A stretch of 64,000 nt of DNA from Octopus vulgaris. Lineage: Eukaryota. Position 1 is the stretch's first letter; each line of letters starts with the position of its first letter. The stretch lies in contig OX597816.1 in the NCBI GenBank assembly GCA_951406725.2, positions 47,554,001-47,618,000 on the forward strand. The letters are read 5' to 3'. Positions 37,382 through 50,957 of this stretch are shown piece by piece. The translations under genes were made by a program, and so were the position numbers. The notes beneath the pieces are model-generated. The model was not told the DNA's origin. It saw only the letters and a program-made list of their open reading frames with translations, and made no database searches.

Positions 37382-37683
37382 TCAACTTGTGTGTCTGTGT
37401 GTGTATCTGTGTGTGTGTCTGTGTGTTTAACTTCCCAGCACATCTCCTCCTAGCCAACAAATCGTAGAACCACCAAAAATGGGTCACTTAAAGTTTAGGC
37501 AAAGGAAAATTGAACTGCACTATTTCTGTTCCGAAATTCATCTCACAAGGGCAAAAATCGATAATGTGTTTGTTTAGGCCTTATCCCATGCATTGAATTG
37601 TGAACTTTACTCAGTCAGCTGTTTGACGTGAACTGTGTTCACCACGCGTGCAAGCATGCGTAAATTGCATAAAAAATAAAAGA

Positions 37684-38062
37684 TATATATATAAAGCTGA
37701 AGTTGTCTGTGTGTGGCAGGTTTGATAGCCTTTAACTAACACTATCTCCTCCAAGACCCTGCGGTGCAAGTTGACCAAAATTGAGAGTATGATAGAAGAA
37801 AACTTGCTCTTCATTCTGTAGAAGAAAAAATTCAAATCGGAGCATGTTTGCACCAAAAATTATCTACATCAAAAAGGTGCTTTTCTTTCTATGGAAATCC
37901 CTATTTTTTATGATTTTTTGACTGCTGTGTTGCCATTTTTCGGTGTATTTAAACCAGTAAAATGTTCACTTAAAGAGAATAACAAGCTACATAATGCAAA
38001 ATTTTTAATTTTCAAAAATTCCAATTCTAAAGGGTCAAAACAAAAGTGAGCAATACTGCTAG
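37684..38062 (+). mobile_element. Non-autonomous Helitron-like element
   Basis: Begins TATATATATAAAGCTGAAGTTGTCTGTGTGT and ends CTAG|T; 3' hairpin eroded. Confidence 0.5.
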
Positions 38063-38119
<57 letters not shown>

Positions 38120-38121
38120 GG

Positions 38122-38430
38122 TAAAGGCACATGGCTTAGTGGTTACGATATTCAGCTCATGATCATAAGGTCATGAGTTCAATTCCTGGTGACGTGTTGT
38201 GTCCTTGAGCAAGACACTTTATTTTCACATTGCTCCAGTCCACTCAGCTGGCAAAAATGAGTAGCACCTGTATTTCAAAGGGCCAGCCTTGTCACACTCT
38301 GTGTCATGCTAAATCTCACTGAGAACTACGTTAAAGGGTACACATGTCCGTGGAGTGCTCTGTCACTTGCACATTAATTTCACGAACAAACTGTTCTGTT
38401 GATTGTATCAGCTGGGACCCTTATTGTTGT
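38122..38430 (+). mobile_element. tRNA-derived CORE-like SINE (family C)
   Basis: TGGCTTAGTGG A-box, GAGTTCAATTCC B-box, GTGTCCTTGAGCAAGACACTT core. Confidence 0.8.
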
Positions 38431-38454
38431 ATATATATATATTGTCTGAATTTT

Positions 38455-38758
38455 ATCACGTGATCACGTGACCGACCAGACCATCAGATGTTGCTATACA
38501 TCGCTGGTCACAATGCGTTCGCATTGTTTTAGCCTTCGAATGACGCCACCCCGCTGGCTAAGCGAGCAGGCCAACAGAAGAAAGAGAGAAAGAGTGGTGA
38601 AAGAGTACAGCAGGGATCACCCCCCCCCTGCCAGAGCCTCGTGGAGCTTTTAGATGTTTTCGCTCAATAAACACACACAACGCCCGATCTGGGAATCGAA
38701 ACCGCGGTCCTACAACTGCGAGTGCGCTGCCCTAACCACTGGGCCATTGTGCCTCCAC
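38455..38758 (-). mobile_element. tRNA(Arg)-like SINE (family D)
   Basis: Reverse strand GTGGAGGCACAATGGCCCAGTGGTTAGGGCAGCGCACTCGC...GGTTTCGATTCCC followed by a non-tRNA body. Confidence 0.75.
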
Positions 38759-39329
38759 CTGAATTTTATAGAATTAAGTATCCATCACGGCTGGTCTTAT
38801 CAATTGGTTTCATGCAAAAAATACAATGGAGTGTTAGGCAACAAGCCAATTATATAAATATGCACATCAGAGGTAGCCAACATGGAAGGGAATATGGCAA
38901 CTACTTGCCACTGCTGAAAGTGGAGTATGATGTGTGTGTGGGGTTTGTTTATATCTGGGTGTATAATTTGCACGAGGGGTATATGCTAGGGATGGTGGGG
39001 AGTAGTTAACTGCAGGGTGTTTGCCTTATATGGGTGTGTGTATCTGTACATGGGTGCATTGGTGTGTGTCTTGGTCAAGCTCTTTATGCCAGGACCAAGG
39101 GCATTGGTGGAAGATCATTTGTGGAAGGTTGAAGCAGGGAACCCATGGTTACAGTCATGGTGGGTCACGCAAGTATGATAGAAGGGACTTTCTTTCATAC
39201 GAACTAAGATTATACGTTTCACTCCTGCTATTGAGGTAAATATCCGGGCATTGAGTGCCTTTTAAAATCGGCCCCTTCTTAGCTATAATCTGCACTTCCT
39301 ACTACTATTGAAGTATGGCTTGCATTCTT

Positions 39330-39542
39330 TTATTCTCTTACTTGTTTCAGTCATTTGACTGTGGCCATGCTGGAGCACTGCCTTCTAGTCGAAGAAATCA
39401 ACCCCAGGACTTATTCTTTGTAAGCCTAGTACTTATTCTATTGGACTCATTTGCCGAACTGCTAAGTTACAGGGATGTAAACACACCAGCATCAGTTGTC
39501 AAGTGATGGTGATGGGGGACAAACAGACACAGAGATACACAC

Positions 39543-39604
<62 letters not shown>

Positions 39605-39685
39605 ACACACACATATGTATATGATGGGCTTCTTTCAGTTTCCATCTACCAAATCCATTCAGAAGGCTTCTTACCACACAGCCAT
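39330..39685 (-). mobile_element. SINE-A with deleted head segment
   Basis: Tail and CA tract intact, core missing. Confidence 0.8.
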
Positions 39686-40451
39686 GCTTAATTAAAACAG
39701 TTTCTCTCAGCCCCATGTGACTTAAAGTTTTGTGGGCCTCTAACAGAAGCCCATTTCTTTCAGGCTTCAGATTTCTGATTTGGTGATCTAAAGCCTGAAA
39801 GAGACAAGCTTCTGTTTGAAATGATACACGTAACTCCTATTAAATGTGCTAAGTGCCCTTTTCTTTCATTTTTCCACTCACTTGTATATGTGTGTGTGTT
39901 TGGGTGTTGGTGATTGTTCTCCAACAACAGCAAGCTTCAAGGGTTGTCATTTTCATATGAATATATCATCTGCTGGCTTGGCACCTTCGAAGACATATGA
40001 AATAAGGGAAACCTTACTTAAAAATAGATAAGAGTTAGTGACAGGAATAATCTATCCATCTAAACTATGGTTGCATGGAAAAAAATTACGATAGGCGTAC
40101 AAATGAACATATATATCATATTATGTTGTATTATATAACAAACACTGGTGTATCATTGCAACTGTTATCTTTGGATTCACTTGTGCTTACACTGCTATAT
40201 TCTTGATAATTAAATACTGTTAATTCCCTTTGTGTCTTTTCTAGAGGCAGTTGAACTTTATGTGTTCACAAGGGATTTTCCAGTCTGAATAAGACAACAT
40301 TTGGAGAGCCTCTGTGTGCCTGTGTGTGTGTGTGTGTGTACTTACAAGCAATAGTTAGCTGCTAGAGACCTGACTTTGTACCATAGGGTTAATTTAAATT
40401 TTCATCTGTATATTTAACCTTTTCTTTGTACTAGTAAATCAAGAAGGGCAA

Positions 40452-40895
40452 ACTCCGACGTTTGGCAACTGACTTGGCTGACACCCATAAAATTATTAAC
40501 CATCTTACTAACAATAACTCTGAGCATCTTTTCAAACTTCACCTATCTAACACCCATGAACATGTTTACAAAGTCAGAAAACAGCACAGCTCCCATGACT
40601 TTCGGAAACATTTTTTCACGCTAAGAGTTGCTGAAGTATGGATCAAACTGCCGGCATCAGTTGTTAGTTGTCGGAGCATTGCATCCTTCAAAACTTCCAT
40701 GCTTCCTGAGATTCGCCAACACTACACCTGATTTTCTCCCCTCCGTACACATGCAAGCATCTATCTGTCTCATACACTGTTCACTTTCCAGACATTTGTA
40801 CATTACTGCATATACTTTATATGCACTTTTGACAAGATGTAGTACACCTGAGCACTGTATACAATAATTTCATTATTATTATTATTTTATTTATT
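40452..40895 (+). mobile_element. CR1/L2-group LINE 3' end with (ATT)n tail
   Basis: LRRLATDL..THKII...H.YKVRK....FRKHFFTLRVAEVW.KLPASVV....SFK. Confidence 0.85.
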
Positions 40896-40899
40896 ATAC

Positions 40900-41224
40900 T
40901 AGTGGTTCGCAACCATTTTTTACGTGTGGGCCCCTTTGTTTGCTATTTTATTCTGGTGGACCCCACACCCATTCGATGTTTAAAATCTAGTTTTTTAGAT
41001 ACTTCTCTCAAAATTCCTATTTTGTTTCTCACACATTAACTTGCGTAGGTTGAACTATGTGAAATGTTACAGAAAGAAACCTAGTTGTTTCTTGCAATAC
41101 ATACATTTAAATCAAAACTTCTCATGGACCTTTAAAATAGCCCAACTTATTATTTTGCTAGTGTGGACCCCCAAAATCTTATATGGATCCCAGAGGTCAT
41201 ATGAACTCTGGTTGAGAAGCACTG
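40900..41224. mobile_element. hAT (Charlie-like) MITE
   Basis: TIRs TAGTGGTTCGCAACC / GGTTGAGAAGCACTG. Confidence 0.7.
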
Positions 41225-41898
41225 TGCTATGTGGTTGTTAGGCCTGCTAGAAATAGCTGTAAAATCTACATCAAATCACACCCAGTTGTTTTCAAAGAGA
41301 AAAGATACACTGGGAAATATAGTCCTAGATAGACTTTTCCTAGGTTTCATCATATGTTTCTTCATTCATCAAAGCTTAACTTTATCACATTCTCTTTCTC
41401 CTCTCTAGGTTTTCTGGATATCGTACAACAGCTATATTTTACGATTCCCTATCGTTCTTTATTTATTAAAAATCCCAAGCCAACAAAATTTTATCTCAGA
41501 AAAAGAAAAGAATATATCTAAAAATTTAATATGCTTTATTAAAAGACATGTTTATTTCTCATCAAATTTTATTTGGCAGCTGTTGAAACATACACACGTA
41601 TCACAAAGTGGTTAGTGCAGTGGAAAACAAGTATCAACAACTGGGGTTAAACAACAAATAACTTAGATAACTTAAGATATGTTTTGGTCAAAGATTGGCC
41701 CAGGTCATACTTTTATCATGGCAGAACCGTTAGTGTGTCAAACAAAATGCTTAGCAGCATTTCGCCCATCTTTACATTCTGAGTTCAAATTCTGCCAAAG
41801 TCACTTTGTATTTCATCCTTTCAGGGTTGATAAAACAAGTATCGGTTGAACACTGGGGTTGATGTAATCAACTGGCCCTAAATTTTAGGCTTTGTGCT

Positions 41899-42702
41899 AG
41901 GAGTGGCTGTGTGGTAAGTAGCTTGCTAACCAACCACATGGTTCGGGGTTCAGTCCCACTGCGTGGCATCTTGGGCAAGTGTCTTCTGCTATGGCCTCGG
42001 GCCGACCAATGCCTTGTGAGTGGATTTGGTAGACGGAAACTGAATGAAGCCTGTCGTATATATGTATATATATATATATATATATGTTTGTCCCCCTAGC
42101 ATTGCTTGACAACCGATGCTGGTGTGTTTACGTCCCCGTCACTTAGAGGTTCGGCAAAAGAGACCGATAGAATAAGTACTAAGCTTACAAAGAATAAGTC
42201 CTGGGGTCGATTTGTTCAACTAAAGGCGGTGCTCCAGCATGACCACAGTCAAATGACTGAAAGAAGTAAAAGAGAAAAGAGAGTAAAGCGGTAGATAAAT
42301 GTACAGAGAAATTCTAATAAAAAAAGAGCAACCTTCCAACATATTTTATTGCAAAGACTTTTGAATCAAGTGAATGAGTTTAAAAACAGTTATATTAAAA
42401 GAATTGAAAAAGCGAATTTGGTAGACGGAAACTGAAAGAAGCCTGTTGTATATATGTATATATATATGTGTGTGTGTGTATGTGTTTGTGTGTCTGTGTT
42501 TGTCCCCCTAGCATTGCTTGACAACCGATGCTGGTATGTTTACATCCCCGTCACTTAGAGGTTCGGCAAAAGAGACCGATAGAATAAGTACTGGGCTTAC
42601 AAAGAATAAGTCCCGGGGTCAATTTGCTCGACTAAAGGTGGTGCTCCAGCATGGCCACAGTCAAATGACTGAAACAAGTAAAAGAGTAAAAGAGTAAAGA
42701 GT
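41899..42702 (+). mobile_element. Rearranged SINE-A with partial duplication and captured sequence from 2010-2267
   Basis: SINE to ~42287, non-SINE flank to 42416, then SINE resumes at TTTGGTAGACGG. Confidence 0.9.
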
Positions 42703-43289
42703 ATAGCAGAGAAAATTATAGTCTGGTTTATAGTCCATAACCAGGAGTACATTGACTTTCCTTTAACATATTACATTAACGTGTTAACCACCACATGTAC
42801 CGCTGGTGGCTCATCACAAACTTCACACAACTACCAGTAACAGGCCATGGCTGTTAATGTGTTATGACAAAAATCTTCGTAAAAATTTATGAATTATTTC
42901 CATTCACTCCCTCACATAGGAATTTCTCTTTTTCGAGTGGAAAGAGTACTTGTTATCCAGCTTAGAAGTTCATGGTTTGGGACATTTCTCTGACACTGCT
43001 ACTGTGTATATGGTCAGAGATATAACTGGTACCTTGGAATCCCTTGACTAAGGTATCTTTGGTCTGATGAGTAACTAGTGGAATACTCCTCATTGAATAA
43101 TTATTACTTCTGAGGTTCTGCTAACTAGGAAACATATGTTTGCCTGGATTGAAACATATGTTGCCTGGATTTTACCAGTTCCGTTTCCTAAATTTGGATT
43201 TTTATTCGCATACATAGCAACCCTGGTTACTAACTGTGAACTATAAAAATCACTTTTTGCAGCTTATTTTTTATTCTTTCTTTCTTTCT

Positions 43290-43625
43290 TTTTATTCTTT
43301 TATTTGTTTCAGTAATTTGACTGTGGCCATGCTGGAGCACCGCCTTTAGTCGAGCAAATCGACCCCGGGACTTATTCTTTTGTAAGCCTAGTAGTTATTC
43401 TATCGGTCTCTCTTGCCGAACCACTTAGTGACGGGAAAGTAAACACACCAGCATCGGTTGTCAAGCGATGTTGGGGGAACAAATAGAAGCACACAAACAC
43501 ACACACACACACACACGCACACACACACACATACGACGGGCTTCTTTCAGTTTCCGTCTACCAAATCCACTCACAAAGCTTTGGTTGGCCCGAGGCTATA
43601 GTAGAAGACACTTGCCCATGGTACC
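43290..43625 (-). mobile_element. SINE-A, 5'-truncated
   Basis: Near-consensus tail and body. Confidence 0.85.
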
Positions 43626-43994
43626 ACTTCTTTCAGTTTCTATCTTCTAAATCCAGTCACAAGCCTTTGGTTGGTCTGGGCTATAGTAGAAGACACTTTG
43701 TTTCCAAAATTGCCATTCCATGAAATTAAAACCATGTGGTTGGGATGCAAATTTCTTAATCACACAACCATGCTTGAAACTCTAATACATTATGGTATTC
43801 CAAAATTAAATGTTGACACAACTTTACCAAACCTTATTGATTTTCATGTAAGGTCTATTATTATTATTCCTCTGGTGTTTCCATGTTGAAATCACTGAGC
43901 CACAGGATGTAGAGCTTATGAGGGATGCAAAGTTAACATTACCAATGTCCATTCTGTGTCTAGGCATAGAATAAACATTCACACATGTGCACGT

Positions 43995-44029
<35 letters not shown>

Positions 44030-44520
44030 AACACATACAAACACACACATAAAATCACTTACACACACATACATGCACTTATACACATACAGGCAGGCAC
44101 ATACAGTCATGCATGCATACATCCATACATGCATTCAGCAGTCTTCTGTACAGTTTCCATTGATCAGTTTCACATACAAGACATCTTGTTAGCCCAATGC
44201 TGTCACAGATAACACTAGAGCAAGATGAAATGCAGAGGGATAGAACCCTAAACCATTTAGTTATGAAGCGAATTTTGTTATCGGTCATCCATCTTTCATC
44301 TTTTACTTTTTACTTTTATCAATCATTTAACTGCAGCACCACCTTCAGGAGGTTTAGTCAAACTAATCGACTCCAGGAATTTTTTTCCTAAGCCTAGTAC
44401 TTATTCTATCAATCTCTTTTGTTAGACTGTTAAGTTACACGGATGTAAATACACCAACTTCAGTTGTCAAGCAGAGATGGGGGTACAAACACAGACACAA
44501 AGACACACACTCATATATAT

Positions 44521-44683
44521 AGGTGCAGGAGTGGCTGTGTGGTAAGTAGCTTGCTTACCAACCACATGGTTCTGGGTTTAGTCCCACTGTGTGGCACCTT
44601 GGGCAAGTGTCTTCTACTATAGTCACGGACCGACCAAAGCTTTGTGAGTGGATTTGGTAGACGGAAACTGAAAGAAGCCCATC

Positions 44684-44723
<40 letters not shown>

Positions 44724-44920
44724 ATGGTTGTGTGTCTGTGTTTGTCCCCTCCCAACAACGCTTGACAACCGATGCTGGTGTGTTTACGTCCCTGTAACTT
44801 AGTGGTTTGGCAAGAGAGATCAATAGAATAAGTACAAGGCTTACAACCTATTTGCTAAACTAAAGGCGGTGCTCCAGCATGGCTGCAGTCAAATGACTGA
44901 AACAAATAAAATGAAAGAAA
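44521..44920 (+). mobile_element. SINE-A nested in the microsatellite of an opposite-strand SINE-A (44300-45095)
   Basis: Minus tail 44300-44515, minus head 44925-45095. Confidence 0.85.
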
Positions 44921-46255
44921 AGAATTCGTGTGATGGTCTTCTTTCAGTTTCCATGTGCCAAATCCACTCACAAGGCTTTGGTCAGCACAAGGCTACAGTA
45001 GTAGACACTTGTCCAAGGTGCCACTCAGTGGGATTGAACCCAGAACCATAATGTTGGGAAGCAAGCTTCTTATCACTTAACCATGCCTCATGCCCACGCC
45101 CACACCATATCAATATTTTATATTCAGCATTTTATATTTAAAATTTATACAGGTCATTCTTTGCAACTGTTGTTGTCTGATGGCAAATCTTCTATTGATA
45201 TTGATGCCTTGTATTATGTACAAGGAAGTTTTGTTGTAAATAAAATAAAATTACGATATATAATAATAAATAAGGACTATAAATTTTAACAGTTAACTAT
45301 TTAAAAATAGAATTCCAATCATGTTTTCAATGGCAGATTCTACAACACACACACACAGACACACACACTTGCACGTAGTGTTCAAAAATTGAAAGTAAAT
45401 TTTATTTTCCATGACCTTTTAACTAAAGATTTGTAGTGTGTACTTATATATTGGTGTTAATTGTTATTACTTTTATTTTGTCATAAAATCTGTTTTTGAA
45501 AGAAAGAGAGTGAGATAAAGGGGGAAAAAATGTGAAAGGAAAAATTAATGAAAAGAAAAATCCATATAACTGCTCGGAAAATATCGCTAAACGGCTTGTA
45601 ATTTACAGTGTTTAAGGTCAAAAAATTCTTCAGAATTCAGCGTGTATAGAAACCCAAGAGAAACAGAAATGTCAATTTGAATGTTATTTTGTAAAGTCTG
45701 TAATAATGATACAACAATGTGATATTTTCAAAACAGTCCATAAATATCATTCATGTGATAGAAGAGAAAAATGGCACGGAGATAAACTGTCGTCACATTG
45801 TTAGAGAATTTTGACTCAGATGACTGCTCAACTATAAGCACAATAAAGGTGATACCACCTACTCCTACCAAATAGGTCAGCTTCATTTGGAATATGTTAA
45901 TATGTTTGAAAAAACACGACAAGTAGTTCGTAGATGGTTTATAGTTTTCTTTCTCAGTTTGAAATCTTCAAAATTTTGGCGATATTAAGTGATTTTTATA
46001 GTTTTGTACTGGTTTCATTCCATTATTAATGCCAGACTGTGTTTCTGGTGAAGTTTGCTTCTCAACCACATGGTTTCAGGTTCAGTCCCACTATGTGGCA
46101 TCTTGGGCAAGTGTCTCAGGCCAATCAAAACTTTGAGTGGACTTGCATTTTTCTCCTTATTTTTCAGGCTTTTATAGCAATAAAACTGCGTACCACTGTC
46201 AAATTGCTGGTTATTGTTTTTGAAATATATTCAACTTTGCAATTGTCTTTCTAAA

Positions 46256-46920
46256 CCCTCTCCTCTTCCTCCTCCCTTTCCTGCTTCCTTCTCCCTCTCC
46301 TGCTTCCTCCTCCCTCTCCTGCTTCCTCCTCCCTCTCCTGCTTCCTCCTCCCTCTCCTGCTTCCTCTTCCTTCTCCTCTTCCATCTTTTCTTCCTCCTCT
46401 CTCTCCTCTTCCATCTCCCTCTCCTCTTCCTTCTCCCTCTCCTCTTCATTCTCTCTCTCCTCTTCTTTCTCCCTCTCCTCTTCCTCCTCCCTCTCCTGCT
46501 TCTCCTTCTGCTCCCCCTCCCTCTCCTGCTTCTCTTTTTGCTCCCTCTCCTTCCTCTCCTCTTTCTATCACCTCCTCCTCCTTTCCCTCTCCTCCTCCTT
46601 TTCCTATCCTCCTCCCTTTCATCCTCTCTTTCCCCTACCTTCCTACTCCTTCTCTTCCACCACCACCTGCTCCTTCTCCTCCTCCATTACCACCATCTCA
46701 ACCCTCTCCCTCTCCACTATCTCCACCCTTTCCTCCCTTTCCTCCTTCCTTTCTTCCTCCCTTTCCTCCTCTCTTTCCTCCTCCATTTCTTCCTCCTTTT
46801 CCACCTCCCTCTCTTCCTCCCTTTCCTCCTCCCCTTCTCCCACCCTTTCCACCTCCCTCTCTTTCCTCCTCCCTCTCTTCCTCCTCCATCTCTTCCCCCT
46901 CCCTTCCTCCTCCTCCTTTT
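46256..46920. repeat. ~660-bp polypyrimidine/polypurine tract
   Basis: Almost only C/T on + strand. Confidence 0.95.
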
Positions 46921-47461
46921 GTAGGGCTGTATGTTTAACGACACTCACAAACAAACCTGTTTTTATTGCACTTTGTATTTTCTGTGTTGCTCTTTGGATG
47001 AAAAATAATGACATTTACACAGATGGAATCTATAACAATTTATATATATCAATCTGTGGCTGGGTCATCCTCCTCATCATCATCATCGTCATTTAACTAT
47101 CATTTTCCATGCTGGCAATGGGTTGGACAGTTTGACCAGGGCTGGCAAGCAGAGGGGCTGTACCAGTCTCCAGTCTGATTTGGCATGGTTCCTATAGCTG
47201 GATGCCCTTCCTATCATCACCCGTTCTGAGAATGTAATGAGTGCTCTTATGTTCTACCAGCACAGGTGCCTGTTGTATGATGCCACTATCTGCCACAACT
47301 ATGATTTCATTTGGCTTGATGGGTCTTCCACTCAAGCATGGTATATTGCCAAAGGTCTCAGTCATTTGTTATCACCTCCGTGAGGCCCAATGTTTGAAGG
47401 GTGGTTTTTATGTGCCACTGGCATGAGTTCTAGTTACACAACACCAGCATCAGCTACATTA

Positions 47462-47999
47462 AGGCAGTGAGATGACAGAAACGTTAGCACGCTGGGCGAA
47501 ATGCTTAGCGGTATTTCGTCTGCCGCTACATTCTGAGTTCAAATTCCGCTGAGGTCGATTTTGCCATTCATCCTTTCGAGGTCGATTAAATAAGTACCAG
47601 TTACGCACTGGGGTCGATATAATCAACTTAATCCATTTGTTTGTCCTTGTTTGTCCCCTCTGTGTTTAGCCCCTTCTGGGCAGTAAAGAAATAGGTATTT
47701 CATCTGCCGCTACATTCTGAGTTCAAATTCTGCCGTGGTCAACTTTGCCTTTCATCATTTTGGGATCGATTAAATAAGTACCAGTCACGCACTGGGGGTC
47801 GATATATATGACTTAATCCATTTGTCTGTCCTTGTGTTATATTGCACATTCCGATGACCTCTACTGAACTCCTCGACGTCTAGACTTCTCCCTCTATATC
47901 TACATATTGGGCTAGCCTACTTCATCGTCTGGGGGGTGTCGACACAACACCTTGTTTGCTCCATCTGTGTGTAGCCCCTTGTGGGCAGTAAAGAAATAA
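47462..47999 (+). mobile_element. SINE-B tandem dimer
   Basis: Full unit followed by a head-truncated unit starting GGTATTTC at ~47694. Confidence 0.88.
47835..47949. mobile_element. 115-bp solo LTR-like insert
   Basis: TGTT...AACA termini; 5-bp TSD CCTTG at 47830-47834 and 47950-47954; interrupts an otherwise colinear SINE-B. Confidence 0.8.
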
Positions 48000-49603
48000 G
48001 CACCAGCTACATTGCCTCCATGAAGCTCAATGCTTAAAAGGTGCTCTTTATGTGCCACTGGCACTGGTGTAAGTTACATGACATCAGCATTAGCCATGAC
48101 TTCTATTTCACTTGGCTTGATAGGTCTTCTACTCAAGCACAGCATATTGGCAAAGGTCTCAGTCATTAGCCATTACCTCTGTGAGGCCCAATGTTTTTCC
48201 TGGTTCTACCTCTTTCAAAGATTCCCTTTCAGAGTTAGTGATCGGCACTTCTTTACACAGTTGTGCTTGTCCATACGCATCACATGAGAATATCAGTGCA
48301 GTCGTCTCTCTCTCTTGCACACCACATCGCAAGTGGAAAATAGTCGCACTATATTCATGACAGAAAACTTTGTGTCTTCTAAACTGCCATGAGAATGGAG
48401 ACATCAAATTGCTGCCTCAATATTCTGTGAGCAGCTACCTCACATTTGGAGTTACAGTCAAAAGCCACCTTTATCTAGGACTCAATGGGAAAGTTCTAGA
48501 AAGCCAAATCACACAATGGCTTGATGCTGATTGGTCAGTTAATCGGTTGATCACATGAAACAACTGTAGCTTAGCCATTATGTCTACTTGGCTATCTGGT
48601 GATTTGGTTTTGAGTCTGCCACAGTTTTATGTGGTTAAACAAAACTCAGTAAAATGATAGTAGAATTAGAAGAAAACACACATACACATATACACACATA
48701 TACACTATCTGCACATACACATATCTATACATACACATACAAATATATACACTAATCTACACACATATGTGAGCATACACACACATTAACTCATACATGT
48801 GCACACACATACATGCATATACAAGTACACACATGAAAGCATACATGCACATTTAGACATACACATACATGTACACACATTTACACACACACACACACAG
48901 ACATACACATGTCTCCACTTCACACAAACATGCACATACACAGATACACACTCATACACGCAGACACACACACACAAATGCTTATACACGTACACATACA
49001 TGCCCACACACACACACACACACACACATGCACATGCGTATATGCTTGTAGAAAATTAGTTTCAATCAATTTACAATCACCATGGGAATATGCTTCACAT
49101 TTTTTCTCCCATGTGTTTTCAAGGCATATGGTTCTTTTCACAACCTGGCAATTCTGAAATCAGTTACAGAATATTGGCAACAACCCTGCAAAAATAGTGG
49201 TAACGATGAATATTAGCATATCAAAGTAATTGCAAAATACATTCATTATCGAACACTTTTGTTATTTGAATATTTTTCTCATTGAATATACCTACCCTTT
49301 TTTTTAAATATAAACATGTGTGTGTGTGTGTGTGTGTGTGTGTCTGTGTGTATAAACACACACACACACATAAAATTATATCTTTATATTAAATCTATAT
49401 TAAATCTATATCTATCTATTTACTATCTATCTATCTATCTGTTTGTCTGTCTGTCTATCTATCTGTATGTGTGTGTGTGTATATATACATATACATAAGT
49501 ATATCACACAACACACATCTTTCTCGCTCTCTCTCTCTATATATATCAAATAATGTAATATAATGTGTGTGTGTATTTGTGTGTATATATATATATATAT
49601 ATA

Positions 49604-49878
49604 TCATCGTTTAACGTCTGTTCTCCATGCTAGCATGGGTTGGACGGTTCGACCGGGGATCTGGAAAGCCAGAAGGCTGCACCAGGCTCCAGTCTTATCT
49701 GGCAGTGTTTCTACAGCTGGATGCCCTTCCTAACGCCAACCACTCTGTGAGTGTAGTGGGTGCTTTTCACGTGCCACCTGCACAGGTGCCAGGCGAGGCT
49801 GGCAACGGCCACGGTCGGATTGGTGTATTTTATGTGCCACCTGCATGGAAGCCAAACGAGGGGGTGCTGGCATCGGCA
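49604..49878 (-). mobile_element. RTE LINE 3' end with two hairpin units
   Basis: Reverse-strand homology to 17263-17637. Confidence 0.85.
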
Positions 49879-49909
49879 GATAAATAGATAGATAGATAGA
49901 TAGAAAGAT

Positions 49910-49941
<32 letters not shown>

Positions 49942-50014
49942 TGATAGATAGACCCAAAATCTTCATTTTTTTGTTTTGCTTTATGTGTGTGTATGTGTGT
50001 GTGTGTATATATGC

Positions 50015-50067
<53 letters not shown>

Positions 50068-50957
50068 CATATACACACATATTTGTGTGTATATATCCCA
50101 AAATATCATTTATTTATGTCTGCCTTATAGCGATAGATATATCTGAAATTAAATTTTAAAATAATCTATAATGAGAACAGCAAATCAATGAATGATTATT
50201 AAAACAAAGTAGTTTTATATTATAAAAAAAAATAAATGCAATAAAATAGTATATTTTTAATTTAAGAACAGCAAGCCAATGATATAAATAAATAATTAAA
50301 GAACATATTGCTCATGTAAAGTAATAAGAATATATACTATCATCATAAGTATCATGAATGTTGATAACCATTTCAATTATTACGAGTGTGTGTAGTTGGT
50401 CCTTCAAGCATTTGTCTAGACATGCATAGTGCCACAGCTTTCAACCAATCAATGACAACTATCCGAAATGCCTACATTCAGATTTGCCTTTTGATTTTGT
50501 AAGCTGGTGTGGATCAAATAAAAGGTGTAATTTCTCTTGGAAATTCACAGAGAATTTGAGTGCAGTGTGTCGCATTGTTACTCTGAGCAAAATTCCTCTT
50601 CTGTGTATTCTTATCAGAACAATATTGTCATTATGCTTTTCTTTTAAGCATTTGTCTGTTGTACATTTTACATTTCTTGTGAGAACTGTCTCCCTTCCTA
50701 CAAAAGAATCCATTTATGTGTGTGTGTGTGTGTGTGTTAAGATGTTTGCTTCCTAACCATATGGTTCTGGGTTTAGTTCCACTACATAGCACCTTGGCTA
50801 GAAGTCTTCTACTGCAGTTCCAGGCCAACTGAGACATGGTAAGTGAATTAGGTAGATGTAAATTGAAAGAAGCCCATTATATATATATTTAAGCATTGTG
50901 AGTGGATTTGGTTGACAGAAACTGAAAGAAGCCCATCACATATATATATATATATAT

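Larger units (their letters stand above)
47075..48190 (-). mobile_element. RTE-related 3' UTR interrupted by a SINE-B dimer
   Basis: (CAT)n tail at 47075; homology to 25935-26530; GCA(T/C)CAGCTACATT at ~47447 and ~48000 may be the TSD of the insert. Confidence 0.7.

Noticed and set aside
38680-38758. tRNA gene
   Set aside because: tRNA-like head lacks a proper acceptor stem and continues into a SINE body
43063-43165. CTGATGA followed by GAAACATATGTT (twice) as a hammerhead
   Set aside because: No stem II adjacent to GAAA and no stem I
45728-45922. Signal-peptide-like minus ORF (MKLTYLVGVGGITFIVLIV)
   Set aside because: No convincing splice sites or recognisable homology; expected by chance in AT-rich DNA
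46214-47014. Leu/Pro-rich and Glu/Gly-rich ORFs
   Set aside because: Compositional result of the C/T tract
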